A stretch of DNA of 63,765 bases, the filler included, from Octopus bimaculoides (taxonomy: Eukaryota): assembly GCF_001194135.2 (NCBI RefSeq). It is 4 parts of 4 records of this genome, joined end to end, with 100 filler letters (N's around TTAATTAATTAA, not from the genome) between each part and the next. Parts side by side here need not be neighbours in the genome. Positions count along the whole stretch, not along the records: positions 33,063 to 62,221 come from NC_069008.1; 3 more parts are not named here. The stretch is one strand, 5' to 3'. The position numbers were made by a program, and so were the translations under genes. Of this stretch, positions 37,640 through 49,894 are shown in pieces; positions within the stretch are counted from its first letter, which is position 1, and each line of letters starts with the position of its first letter. The notes below the pieces were generated by a model, which worked only from the letters and a program-made list of their open reading frames with translations, searched no databases and had not been told where the DNA came from.

Positions 37640-37990
37640 CGAGTTCTTCAAGTTTCAAAGCCAAGAAACACTCAATATCATTTTTAACCTCTTCGCAATT
37701 AATTAAGTGTTTTCCTTCTAAATGATAGCCAAATGGAGCAATGTCAGGTAAGTAGGAGGATGAGGCAAAACATACATATTTTATGCCACAATCTTTTCCT
37801 GGGTGCCTTGAGTAATATGTGGTCTTGCATTATCTTGTAAAAGTACACGTTTTTTAAGACTGACCAATGATGGATGCTGTTTCTGCTAATGTTTGTGCAG
37901 TGTCTCCAATTAATGACAATACTTCTCTGCATGAACTGTTTTGTTTTGGTTTAACACTCCATCATAGAAAACAACTTCCATGTGTCTAGT
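37640..37990 (-). mobile_element. mariner transposase remnant
   Basis: AEKYC..LETL, LLQDNARPH, LPHPPTY.PDIAP.GYHL. Confidence 0.8.
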
Positions 37991-38099
37991 TAAAAAAGTA
38001 CCTTCAAAGTGATCATGTTAAAAACACGTGAGAACTTTCTTTCCAACCTAATGTTATTTTCTTTATGAAATGTAATAACTGAATTGTTGAAAGTTTTGT

Positions 38100-38540
38100 C
38101 TGCTATTGACAATGAGTTGAAGATAATTTTAAAATGTTACCTGGTATTTTTGTTCTCACTAAAATATTGTCTGCATAATTATATAATCCATAAGACAATT
38201 CAAGCAACATTGACATGTAAGCAATGTATTTCTGTGGAGATTTCAACATTTTTGTCCAACACCACAATGCAAAACATTTCTTCCTGACCAATCTAAAGGT
38301 GAAAACCTCTCCAAATACCAGAAACTAACAGTCTTGTTAGTGTATCTTTCATTTCCCTAAAACTATGCCTTCCATATTTAGTCCAAATTATCCAAATCTT
38401 CAATCATTCATTCTCTACGGGAATCTGTCATGATCTTTAGAAATGCTCTGCAATGTGTCTCATTTTAAAGAACAATGACTGCATTTGAAAGTTAGCTGCC
38501 TATTGTTGTTACTTCCATTACCTCAAGTCTTTCTCCCTTC
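38100..38540 (+). mobile_element. Old LINE remnant (APE endonuclease and RT start; CR1/L2/Jockey-like)
   Basis: LYNP..CGDFN in one frame; LKLC..IFNHSFSTGI; PIVVTS. Confidence 0.5.
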
Positions 38541-38789
38541 TCAGTGATCACCAACACATCTATACTCACTGGTCTACTGTTGAAGTCTTCTCTTGTGTCT
38601 CTCAACAGTGGTCCTCCATCCTGGAGAAAAGTCAGTGAAAAGTAATATTACATTTGACATCAGCATAAGACTATGAGTATGAAAATCATGTAGCTTAGCT
38701 GACTACTTCTGAACTTCATATAGCTTAGCTGAGCATCTCTGGGAGTCTGGCCTCTTTCTGTATCGAATATTTTGCCTCAAGATTCATTG

Positions 38790-39130
38790 TAATATGATAG
38801 CCTAATTAGAATGATTAAGTGGTTGTCCTTGCATACAGCCATGTCCCTTATGTCCCTCTTCATCTGAGTGATCCTAATCTTGTGGGCCCATGAGTGCTGG
38901 CACCATGTAAAAACCACCTATGCCAGTGGAACATAAAAGTGCTCATGCCGATGCTGCATAAAAGCACCCAGTACATTCTGTAAAGCGGTTGGTGTTAGGA
39001 AAGGCATCCAGCTATAGAAACCAAACCAAAATAGACAATGGAGCCTGAGCAGCTCTCCAGCTGGCCACCTCCTGTCAAACTGTCCAACCCATGCCAGCAT
39101 GGAAAATGGCTGTTAAATGTTGATGATGAT
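38790..39130 (+). mobile_element. RTE-type 3' tail repeat ending in (GAT)n
   Basis: Homologous to 52320-52590 and 54830-55010. Confidence 0.65.
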
Positions 39131-39357
39131 AGAGACAATTATTACCTTTTCTCTTTGTCGACCCCTCCCCACCTTTTGTTTTCTTTTTATTGGAATCTTT
39201 GCTTAACACCAAAATTAGTGAACAACAATTTAAGANNNNNNNNNNCAACCTTTGTATTGTTTCGAATTTCAAGAAGTATTCAACTCTCCAATTTTTTGTT
39301 GTTTCTCTGGCTTTCAATATGACTACTAACACTGATTCTTCTTGTGCGGAGAAATTT

Positions 39358-39592
39358 TTATTTCTTTATTGCCCACAAGGGGCTAAACATAGAGGGGACA
39401 AACAAGGACAGACAAAGGGATTAAGTCGATTACATCAACACCAGTGCATAACTGGTACTTAATTTATTGACCCCGAAAGGATGAAAGGCAAAGTCGACCT
39501 CGGCGGAATTTGAGCTCAGAACATAATGGCAGACGAAATACCGCTAAGCATTTCGCTCGGCATGCTAACGTTTCTGACAGCTTTCCGCCTTA
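39358..39592 (-). mobile_element. SINE family A
   Basis: Reverse complement of 40188-40419. Confidence 0.85.
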
Positions 39593-40187
39593 AATAAAAT
39601 ATGTGGAGAAATTTTATTGGTAGAACATCAAGATACCACTAAAAATTCCCCAGTCATTCTTTATCATGCAAACATCACTTAACCCTTTAGCATTTAAACC
39701 AGTCATCTCCTATCAAAATATTCTACTTGTTTTATGTTCAAACTGGCCAGATCCAGCACCTCACACCTAACCTACAATGACATTCTAAAAATAAACAAGC
39801 TACAAGATACCTGATTAGCTTGAAACAATATGAATAAATAAGCATTATATTTGACAAAATAATCCAAATGCTAAAGGGTTAATGTCTTGAAATTGATTAT
39901 CTCCAGTATAGACATCTCTAGTTATCATGTTATCTTTACTGCCAATAAACAAGAGAATGCTGAACACCTTGTCAGAAGATGGGAAATTTATTTTATCTCA
40001 TGGCTGAAGACTAAATATTTGATGTTGATGCCATCTGCTTCCTGACTTATCTTTATGAACAATGATTTGGACAATTATTCGTTTATAAATTATCTTCTAT
40101 CTTTTGTCTGTTTCAGTCATTAGGCTATGCTGGGGCACCACCTTGAAGAAAGCCTTGTGAGTAGACTTGGTAGGCGGAAACTGAAAG

Positions 40188-40419
40188 GCGGCGAGCTGGC
40201 AGAAATGTTAGCACGCCAGGCGAAATGCTTAGCGGTATTTCGCCTGCCGCTATGTACTGAGTTCAAATTACACCAGGGTCGACTTTGCCTTTCATCCTTT
40301 CAGGGTCGATTAAATAAGTACCAGTTACACACTGGGGTCAATATAATCGACTTAATCCGTTTGTCTGCCCTTGTTTGTCCCCTCTGCATGTAGCCCCTTG
40401 TGGGCAGTAAAGAAATAAG
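40188..40419 (+). mobile_element. SINE family A
   Basis: Head GAGCTGGCAGAAATGTTAGCA..GAGTTCAAATT; body GGTCGACTTTGCCTTTCATCC. Confidence 0.85.
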
Positions 40420-41004
40420 GAAACTGAAAGAAGCCTTGAGAGTGAATTTGGTAGACAGAAACTGGATCTAGAAATGTCGTATGCATGTATATATATTATA
40501 TATATATATAATTAAAACAAAAATGAAGCACTCTAAAGAATAGAGTGTGCTTCATTTCCTGATAAATGTTTTATTTACTACATATATTATTCTCTCTCTG
40601 TTTATTTCCTCATATTCCTTTCTGTTGAAGAACATAGGCTCAAAATATAAAGGACTTTCTCACTTTCCTGTCTTTTCTTTTCCTGTAAATTTCAACTATA
40701 TAAATATATATACCTATGTGTGTCTGTGTGTCTTTATGTCTGTGTTTGTCTCTCCATCACTGCTTAACCAGTGCTGGTGTGTTTATGTCCCCATAATTCA
40801 GTGGTTCGGTAGAAGAGCCTGACAGAATAAGTACCATGCTTAAAAAATAAGCACTGGGGGGAGGGTCGATTCATTCGACTCAAAAAAAATTCAAGGCAAT
40901 GCCCCAGCATGGCCACAGTTTAATATAAAAGATAAAAGATGCTAAGGGTTAAATAATGTTGACCACCCGTAAACAGACAAATTACAATTGATGCTACAAA
41001 CAAG

Positions 41005-41570
41005 GCTGTTGAAGGCATATGGCTCAGTGGTTAGGGTGTCAGGCTTACAATTGTCAGGTTGTGAGTTCAATTCTCAGACCGGACTGTGTGTTGTGTTCTT
41101 GAGCAAGACCTTCCATTTCATGTTGCTGCAATTCATTCAGCTGTAGAAATGAATTGCGATGTCACTAGTGTCAAGCTGTATTGGCCCTTGGATAACGTCA
41201 GTGGTGTGGAGAATGGCAGCTGGTATGCATGAGTGACTGCTGGTCTTCCATAAGCAACCTTGCCTGGACTTGTGTCTCAGAGTGGAACTTTCTAGGTGCA
41301 ATCTCATGGTCAGTCATGACTAAAGGGAGTCTTTACCCTTTTACTATAAATATATGTGGAGGTGCATGGCTTAGTGGTTAGGGTGTTGGACTCATGATCA
41401 CAAGATTGTGTTTTTGATTCCTGTATTGAGCAACGCATTATGTTCTTGAGTGAGGCACTTTATTTCACATTGCACCAGTCCACTCAGTTGGCAAAAATGA
41501 GTAATCCTGCAATGGACTGGTATCCCTTCTGGGGAGAATATACGCTCCATGGAAACTGGCCCTATGTGTA
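41005..41570 (+). mobile_element. Two adjacent family C SINEs (41005-41345 and 41355-41570)
   Basis: Both start with TGGCTxAGTGGTTAGGGTGT heads. Confidence 0.7.
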
Positions 41571-41925
41571 TTGTTGTTGTTGTTGGCACTCCGTCGAGGG
41601 TTCCAGTTGATCCAATCAACAGAACAGCCTGCTCGTGAAGTTAAAGTGCAAGTGGCTGAGCACTCCACAGACACGTGTACCCTTAACGTAGTTCTTGGGG
41701 ATATTCAGCGTGACAAGGCTGACCCTTTGAATTACAGGCACAACAGAAACAGGAAGTAAGAGTGAGAGAAAGTTGTGGTGGAAGAGTACAGCAGGGTTCG
41801 CCACCATCCCCTGCTGGAGCCTCGCGGAGCTTTAGGTGTTTTCGCTCAATAAACACTCACAAAGCCCGGTCGGGGAATCGAAACCGCGATCCTGACTGCA
41901 AGTCCGCTGGGCCATTGCGCCTCTA
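41570..41925 (-). mobile_element. SINE family D
   Basis: Highly similar to 34322-34715. Confidence 0.85.
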
Positions 41926-42999
41926 CACTATGTGTATATATAACTCAGAAAGGATGTTTATCTTTTATCCTTATAAACCTGTTGCACACGAATGACTGTG
42001 TGGCTAAGAATTTTGCTTTGGAATTAAGTGTAACAAAAGCCCCTTTCTTCATACAGAAGGTGTTGTCAGCTTGCAGTTCAGGCTTGTTGAATTTTATTGA
42101 TATTTAACAGTTTGCAAGCAAAAAGCTCACTCTCCATACAAATAGCATCATTTGTTTCTAGTTCTCAACATTATCATGTTTGGGCTGTTCATCGTTTCAG
42201 TAAACTGGGGGATTGTTACCTTACCTGGAAACAGTTGAGGTTTGACATCAAGAAAGGCATCCAGCTGTGAAAAACTCTGCCTCAACATAGTCTCATCTGA
42301 CACAATCAAACATGGGAAAACAAACATTAACCCATTACCTCCCATAATTCTATTCCTTTTTTTATGAAACTTTGATTTCTAGCATAAAACAGCCTTAGAA
42401 ACACGCTGGAATGATCAAAATAACATTTTAAATGGAAATGAGCAAGATATTGGGTGAAAAATTAGCTAACCTCATTTGAATATCAGAGAAATATACCTAG
42501 TAGATATAGCAAAAAGGTTAGATATGTGTAAATATTGACAGATAATTACGAAATTTGTAATTTTTAAGCGATCTCATGAGATGACTGGTAGGTAATGGGT
42601 TCAAATAATGATGAAATTATTATAACACAATAAAAACTATCAGTTGTTTCTTAAGAGCCACCATTCTTTTCCTTCCAGATATAGAGAATGTTTTTAATAA
42701 ATCATCTCAATAAAATTTTCCTCCAGTATATGTCTACATTTGTTTAATGCAGGGATTCTCAACCAATTTTATCTATGGATCCCTTTGATTACTATTTTAT
42801 TCTGGTGGGCCCCTATAGTCACTCAATATTTTAAAACTAGTTTTATAGAAGCTGCTTTCAGTTCGAAATTCCTATTTCGTTTTTTTTCAAACATTACTTT
42901 GTGTAGGTTGAACTATGTAGAATGTTAGAGAAAGAACCCCAGCTGTTTTTTTGCAATAAATACAAATACATGTAACAAAAGCAAAATGTTTTCAAGGGC

Positions 43000-43400
43000 C
43001 CTTACAATACTATTGTAGATCCCCAATCACTTTTTTTTTCTTTCTGTACTTTATTTAAAGGAAGCAATTTTGTGAAATTTATGACTTTGCCTATTTCTTT
43101 TAGCATTGTGTTACGCTTTCTCCTTTGTATGTTAGAGATTCCTGCTTCTCTGAAGATTTGTTTGCTGGCTAACTCACTTTCTGTGCACATAATTCTGTTG
43201 AGTTTTCTCTTATCTCTATCTGTGGTGTTCTTGAAACTTGTTTTCTTCCTTACTCTTACTCTCTCAATGTTTTATACCTGTTGTTTTTGTTGTTCTGTGA
43301 TCTCTATTTAGCTTTTTAGAAATTACAATTGTTGTATCCCCTTCTCCCAGTAGTTTCGCTATTTCTTTCTTCTCTTTTGATGTTATATCTTTACTTTGAC
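43000..43400 (-). mobile_element. Tc1 transposase N-terminal (paired-like HTH) remnant
   Basis: GQSKDITSKEKKEIAKLLGEG..ISKKLNRDHRT..; PLNK..K..DW. Confidence 0.75.
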
Positions 43401-43591
43401 CCTTTTCTATATTCCCTGTATCTGAAATTAAGAAAAAAAAACCTTTCAAAATCACTTATCACATGGGAGAAAGCAGTATCTTGTTGATTTGCATTATAAA
43501 AAGAAACACCCCACAAACGTGTTTTTCTTCATTTCTGTTTTAAATGTACACCAATTTAGACAAAAAGTATGCAAGACACGAGATACGGTAT

Positions 43592-44887
43592 TTAATGATA
43601 TAGTTTTTCTTTTGTGTGAGTACGTTCATGAACAACAAGGTTAGAATTATCAGAGAATGATTTCCCGCACATTTCACAGTAGAAGGGTTTTTCCCCGGTG
43701 TGGATCCTTTTGTGTCTGCTTAGATCCGTATTCTGGACGAACGATTTGCCACAGATTTCACAACAATATGGTTTCTCTCCAGTGTGTGTTCTTTTGTGAA
43801 CCACAAAAAGAGAGTTGTAAACGAAAGATTTTCCACACATTTCACAGTGATACGGTTTTTCTCCAGTGTGTGTTCTTCTATGTTTCGTTAAATCACTTTT
43901 AGTGACAAAATATCTCTCACATATTTCACAACGAAATGGTTTCTCTCCAGTGTGACTACGTTTGTGAACTAAAAGACTAGAATTCTGAGTGAAAGCTTTC
44001 CCGCATATTTCACAATGATATGGCTTCTCTCCAGTGTGTATTTTTACATGTCTGTTCACATCAGTGTTATGGACAAATGATTTACCACAAATTTCACAGT
44101 GGAAAGGTTTTTCACCAGCATGTATTTTTTTATGTGTTTTCAATAGACTGTTAGTGATAAATGTTTTGGCACATATTTCACAATTAAACAGTTTTTCCCC
44201 AGTATGTATTTTTTTGTGAGCAACAAGAAGAGAGTTATTAGCGAATGATTTTCCACACATCTCACAGTTGTAGGGTTTTTCTCCAGTGTGTATTCTACAG
44301 TGTCTTGTTAAATCGCTATTGGAGATGAAAGATTTTCCACAGATTTTACAATGAAAAGGCTTTTCTCCAGTATGACTCCGAGTGTGTAGTACAAGCGTAC
44401 AATTTTGAGTGAAAGATTTCCCACAAATTTCACAGTGGAAAGGTTTTTCTCCAGTGTGGATTCTCTTGTGCTTTGTTAAATCACTGTTCTTGAGAAAATA
44501 TTTCCCACAAATTTCACAATGATAGGGCTTCTCTCCAGTGTGACTACGTATGTGAACTACAAGAGTAGAATTATCTGAAAATGATTTACCACATATTTCA
44601 CAGCAGAAAGGTTTCTCTCCAGTGTGTATCCTTTTGTGTTTTGTTAAATCACTGTTCTTGAGAAAATATTTTCCGCATATTTGACAGCAAAAAGTTTTTT
44701 CCCTGTTGTGTATTTCTTTGTGTGTGAAAACTTCATGTTCTGAAGAGAATAGTTTCTTACAAATCTCACAGCTATATTCAGGAATATTTTTGTTAACAAG
44801 TTCTTCATCCCTGTCTGACTGTGTAAAAGTATCAATATTGTTAAAAACAGTTGTGTTAAAAGTGTCCAAATATTTAATGTTCTCCAT
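43592..44887 (-). CDS. C2H2 zinc-finger protein ZNF-B, 14 fingers, 431 aa
   Basis: Uninterrupted ORF; ATG (MENIKY) at 44887; in-frame TGA upstream at 44942-44944; the TTG start in the ORF track is unlikely to be used. Confidence 0.95.
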   Translation of the reverse strand: MENIKYLDTFNTTVFNNIDTFTQSDRDEELVNKNIPEYSCEICKKLFSSEHEVFTHKEIHNREKTFCCQICGKYFLKNSDLTKHKRIHTGEKPFCCEICGKSFSDNSTLVVHIRSHTGEKPYHCEICGKYFLKNSDLTKHKRIHTGEKPFHCEICGKSFTQNCTLVLHTRSHTGEKPFHCKICGKSFISNSDLTRHCRIHTGEKPYNCEMCGKSFANNSLLVAHKKIHTGEKLFNCEICAKTFITNSLLKTHKKIHAGEKPFHCEICGKSFVHNTDVNRHVKIHTGEKPYHCEICGKAFTQNSSLLVHKRSHTGEKPFRCEICERYFVTKSDLTKHRRTHTGEKPYHCEMCGKSFVYNSLFVVHKRTHTGEKPYCCEICGKSFVQNTDLSRHKRIHTGEKPFYCEMCGKSFSDNSNLVVHERTHTKEKLYH

Positions 44888-44988
44888 ATTAATCCTCGGT
44901 AAATTCTTAGATGCTGACAAATGGTTATAATCTATTATGGTTCATCTTCTTGATTTAGATATCATGGAGATCTGCCCATTTCCCATTT

Positions 44989-45010
44989 CCTGTAAAATAG
45001 GGAACAACCA
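44989..45010 (-). promoter_or_regulatory. Putative splice acceptor of the ZNF-B exon
   Basis: TTGTTCCCTATTTTACAG|G, identical upstream of ZNF-C. Confidence 0.75.
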
Positions 45011-46456
45011 ATGAATGAAATGAAATATTTAAGCATGAAGTTGAGCACTGACCTTGAAGTATGTAGGTCTCTGTATGTTTTCTACGAACATTAATGTTTA
45101 CCTTAACATAAGATTTATTACTGACATGATATAACTAAATTGGCTGAATTAATTACACTGTGTGACAAAATTTAATTTTTTTTTTTTTGTCTTTGGTCAG
45201 TAAATTATATTTTCTACTTGCTTCCATCAAGAAATCAAAGGAAATGACTGCTATTCCCTTCAAACTTTGCTTTTGTCACCTGAACATCATTTTTGAAACT
45301 GACCTATTTTTTCCATTACATTTCAGACAGATTCAGTGCTGAGTTGCTGAAGCAGAAATATCATTATAGCAAATATTCTGTTCAATACCATAAGTTTTCT
45401 TGTCATTTACTTAACCTTAACCACTTGAGCATGTCCCTTAGTGGCTGACAATATGTGTATCTCTAATGATGGGCATAGCCATGTGTTGAGAAGAAGGATT
45501 CTTTGAATAAATGTAACAAAAGCAAAAATTGAAGAAAATATTAGCCATAGGAAATAACAGTTGCTATCCAAGGACGAAAATTGTGTCACACAATGTTATA
45601 AGCAAACTATGCAAGTGGAATTATTGAAAAATTTTTCCATATTTGAATGATACTGATCACATAAGTATTTATGTCCTTAACATAATTTAATACACATGAA
45701 AATGATAATCTTAGCCTGAAGTGGTTCCTTTATAAATGAAACCAATAATAATAAGGAATGTAAGAAAATATTTTGGCTTTCTTGAGTTATTGAAACGAAA
45801 TGAGTAAATTTTTTTTTAATAATTACATGAGGAACTACTCTCGAACATTCTTCTTTTTCTTCTCTTCTGAAAACTTTCAAATAAATAATTATGAATTATG
45901 TTTCCTTTTAAATAAGAATAGACAGAATCCTTGTTTAAGCACACAGTTCTACACACAGGAGTTCATATGATTATGTAAAAAGAAAACGTGTATGATTTAA
46001 GGGCGATTTAGCTGTTGTTTTTAGCACATCTCACAACCACCTGCTACCTTCCTTGTTTCTGTGTCACTCTGGCATGTATTGATGTTTTTCAAAATCTTTC
46101 TCTCAATAAACACATTTAACGGAATGATGATGTACCCCAAGGGTAGTCTATTGCTGGATTTAAGTAAAAAATTTGAACTGTTAGTATTTTAAACTCTGAT
46201 TAAAAATTTAAAAATTCGAAAAAGAGTGGAACTTTTAGGATTTATGGGGGGAGGGTTTAAAAATTATTTTATATATATATATATATGTGTGTATAGTTGT
46301 ATGAATTCCTGTGTATAGAACACAAATTCGCAAAAATTATCTGAAAATTCCAAAAACTGAAAAAGTTATGAGGAGTTATATGGGGAGCTTAAACCTGAAT
46401 TCCGCCTAAGAGATATCTTAGTTTCAAGAATGTTAGCTAAATAAGTTAATAAAATA

Positions 46457-47250
46457 TGATTGTGTGGTAAGAAGCTTGCTTCACAACCACATGGTTCCGG
46501 GTTCAGTCCTGCTACGCGGCACCTTGGGTAAGTGTCTTTTACTATAGCCTCAGGCCAACCAAAGTCTTGTAAATGGATTTGGTAGACAGAAACTGAAAGA
46601 AGCCCATCGTGTCTATATATATATGTATGTATCTATGTGTATGTGTCTGTGTTTGTCCCCCATCACCGCTTGACAACTGGTGTTGATGTGTTCAGCAAAA
46701 GAGACCGATTTTAGAATAAGTACCAGGCTTAAAAAATAAGTACTGGGGTCGATTCATTCAACCAAAAACTTCAAGGCAGTGCCCCAGAATGGCCACAGTG
46801 TAATGACTGAAACAAGTAAAAGATGAAAGAATGATATTGAGAAATGAAAACAGTTTTAAAAATCTTATCTGTAATGATAATGTAGTGGGAAGTAGCTTGT
46901 TTACCAATCACATGGTTCCGGGTTCAGTCCCACTGCATGGCACCTTGGGTAAGTGTCTTTTCTACTATAGCCTCGGGCCGACCAAAGCCTTGTGAGTGGA
47001 TTTGGAAGACGGAAACTGAAAGAAGCTCGTCGTATATATATATGTATGTGCATGTGTGTGTGTGTGTGTGTGTGTTTGTGTTTGTCTCCCCAACATCGCT
47101 TAACAACCGATGCTGGCTTGTTTACGACCCCGTAACTTAGCGGTTCGGCAAAAAAGACCGATAGAATAAGTACTAGGCTTCCAAAGAATAAGTCCTGGGG
47201 TCGATTTGCTCGACTAAAGGCGGTGCTCCAGCATGGCCGCAGTCAAAAGA
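46457..47250 (+). mobile_element. Tandem pair of family B SINEs (46457-46830 and 46882-47250)
   Basis: Two full-length copies in the same orientation. Confidence 0.85.
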
Positions 47251-47599
47251 ATTTATTTAGTCACTTCAGTAATTCAGGAAAGCAAAGTTATTCCCCATTA
47301 TTGGTAGTTTCGTTTCTATCAAAGAGTGTATCCAATTCGCAGCAAATTAAAATCCATTACACAGTAAAATAATAATCGATGACCTATACGTTTCAGGGCT
47401 AGCATTATAGTTAATATGCACGTTAGGTTTTTTTCTTTTAAGTTAGCAGGAAGTGACAACGACATCCAATAATTACATGTAAACAATCTTTGTCGCATAA
47501 CTGAATGTAAATGTTTTGCACAACATGAAAACCGTACATATATGTTATATAAGATGAAAACAATCACGTTAATGTTGCATATAGTACGTTGGAACAGAG

Positions 47600-48800
47600 T
47601 ATTTCAGCTGCTATTTTTGAAATATAAAAAGGTACCATAGAAGTAGCGACCAAAAATTTATATGACAATTTGCAGAAAAAGGAAGGTGAAACTTCAAATG
47701 AAAAACCTTTACTGGCTGGTAAAGGTTGGTTTGGGAGGTTTAAGAAGCGCGCACAACGTATTCTAGTGAAGCTGCTACTAATTATTCTGAGCAACTAATG
47801 TGGTGGGAGATGATTACTGAACGGGGCTACATAATAGAGATGGTTATACGATGTTGATGAAACTGCACTTTTCTAGAGGCTCATGCTTGAACTTTTACTT
47901 CTCAAGAACAAAAATCAACATCAGGATTTAACCGCCGCCATCCCCACTGGTGATATGAAAATCCAAAGGCTTCCAAGGGTTACACAACGCTTAATTTACT
48001 TTTGATTTGGTGTTCAAATCAGAAGGCATAGATAACGAAACCTGTTCAAAGATTGGATTACAAATATTTTCTGTCCTGTTGTAAAAAGGTACAGTATTGC
48101 TTCTTTTACGCTTACTGAACTCAGATGAACTGCTGATATGAGAGTAGAATGCATCCCCAAGAGTACAAGGTTTCTTTTTTTTTTTTTTTTTTTTTGTTCC
48201 AGTCAATGATCAAGGAGTAATTGATAGCTAATTTCAAAGTATATCTGAGAAGAGCTTACAAGTAACTTATGAAAGTAATCGGCAAGATAAACCTACAGTT
48301 ACAAACTTCTGAAAGATGCTGCGATAACAGATGAGTTATGGAGGACGAAGTGAAATCCTTAACTCTGAATGATGCTGGGAAAAATATATGGCCAAACCGT
48401 ATTCATGGTTTTACAAGTTTTCTACAAGCCAATACCAAATTTAGAAAGACACTGCAATACTTATAAATCATGTAGAGATTGAAGAAGTGACAGAAGAAGA
48501 TGTGGTTGCGTTGTTAGTGTCTCAGAAAGAAAGTTAATCTTAACGAAGTTTTTCGCCCTTCAAGTTGATGATGTACGACAAGAAAGAACAGAGTGTACTT
48601 TATCCTCCTAGTAACTCTCATTCCATCCACGAAAATCCCTCATCCAATAATCACGTAGATTTCCATACAATCAAACATTATGAGAGAATAATCGAGAATT
48701 TACTAGCTGATTTGTCAAATTATTGTATAAATATGTTAAATCACTAATCTTAAACAATGTGATAGAAAATAAGGAACTTTTCATTCGAAAATACAAAAGT
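47600..48800 (+). mobile_element. pogo/Tigger (CENP-B-like) transposase remnant
   Basis: LAGKGWFGRFKKR, DVDETALF, W.N.WP motifs with stops and frameshifts. Confidence 0.75.
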
Positions 48801-48817
48801 AACATCGATTGCTGACT

Positions 48818-48855
<38 letters not shown>

Positions 48856-49661
48856 GTAATTTCATATTTGACATTCGTAAAATCAAGTTTTAGTTTCAAT
48901 TTCATTTCAACTCGATTAGCATATCTTGCGGATTCACTGTTGCTCCTTGTTCTATTGTGAATCCCAACGAAATATTTACAGATCAGCAGATAATCAATGA
49001 AAGACATACAATTACGACACTGGTTCGATATTTGTTAGATTCAGCAATTTGTATTGCTTGGTGTGCTTGCCATGAATTGTTGACGAATTCTCACATGTGC
49101 CGAAAGCGACACTCTACTCAAAATAAGTCTAAAATCTTTACTCGCTGTTCGCAGTGTATATCATTTATAATCATGAAATGTTTTATTGAAATAACTTTTT
49201 GGATCTCTATGATTTTACGAACGTCAAATAGAAAATTACCAAAATTTTTCTTGTCTTCAAAGTGGTTGAAAAGTCAGTAGTGCCAACAAATATTAACAGA
49301 CATAATACTTACACAAATGTCTGATAAATGATATTGTTATAATTGTACAGTAGTTGAGAAATATTTTACAAAAGTTGTTAAAATGAGTGAAGTAGATGAG
49401 AAAGATGAATCAAACATCACAACAGTTGGGTATCGCAACTTGGCGCGAAGTATAGCCATTGCGCATGCGTATGGAGTATACGTGAGAAGACAAAATCTTT
49501 TGCTGTAAATAATCTCATCTATAACTTAATTACTATGTCGAGGATGCGTGAATATTTATAACTGCTTTCCAAGCGCTAGAGTTTTCTCAGATTTTCTACG
49601 CAGGTGTAAGTCTGGCATGCTGATGACAAAGATCGCATTTATTTTTTGGACTAGTGGGATA

Positions 49662-49866
49662 CAAGGGTCCCAAAATATTGACTTAACGATACAATAAACT
49701 GAACATATTAAGTCTATTGTTTTATAATTATTTCTGTCATATATCACAATAAAATGAACAAATATAATAAACTTTGTAAAAAAAAACTGGATTAAAAACA
49801 ATTAAAAATTCACAGAGGATATTGTCGGGCCCCTCATATCGTTAAAACAATATTTCGGGACACCTG
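49662..49866. mobile_element. Tc1/mariner-type MITE
   Basis: TA-flanked ~30-bp TIRs (CAAGGGTCCCAAAATATTG / CAATATTTCGGGACACCTG). Confidence 0.8.
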
Positions 49867-49894
49867 TATCCCACAAGTTAGTACCTCATTTTCT

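Noticed and set aside
43657-44219. Antisense or alternative-frame ORFs over the ZNF genes (also 35528-35767 and 58827-59937)
   Set aside because: By-products of the 84-bp finger periodicity
43592-44887. 84-bp periodic repeats as a CRISPR-like array
   Set aside because: They are protein-coding zinc-finger repeats in a eukaryotic genome
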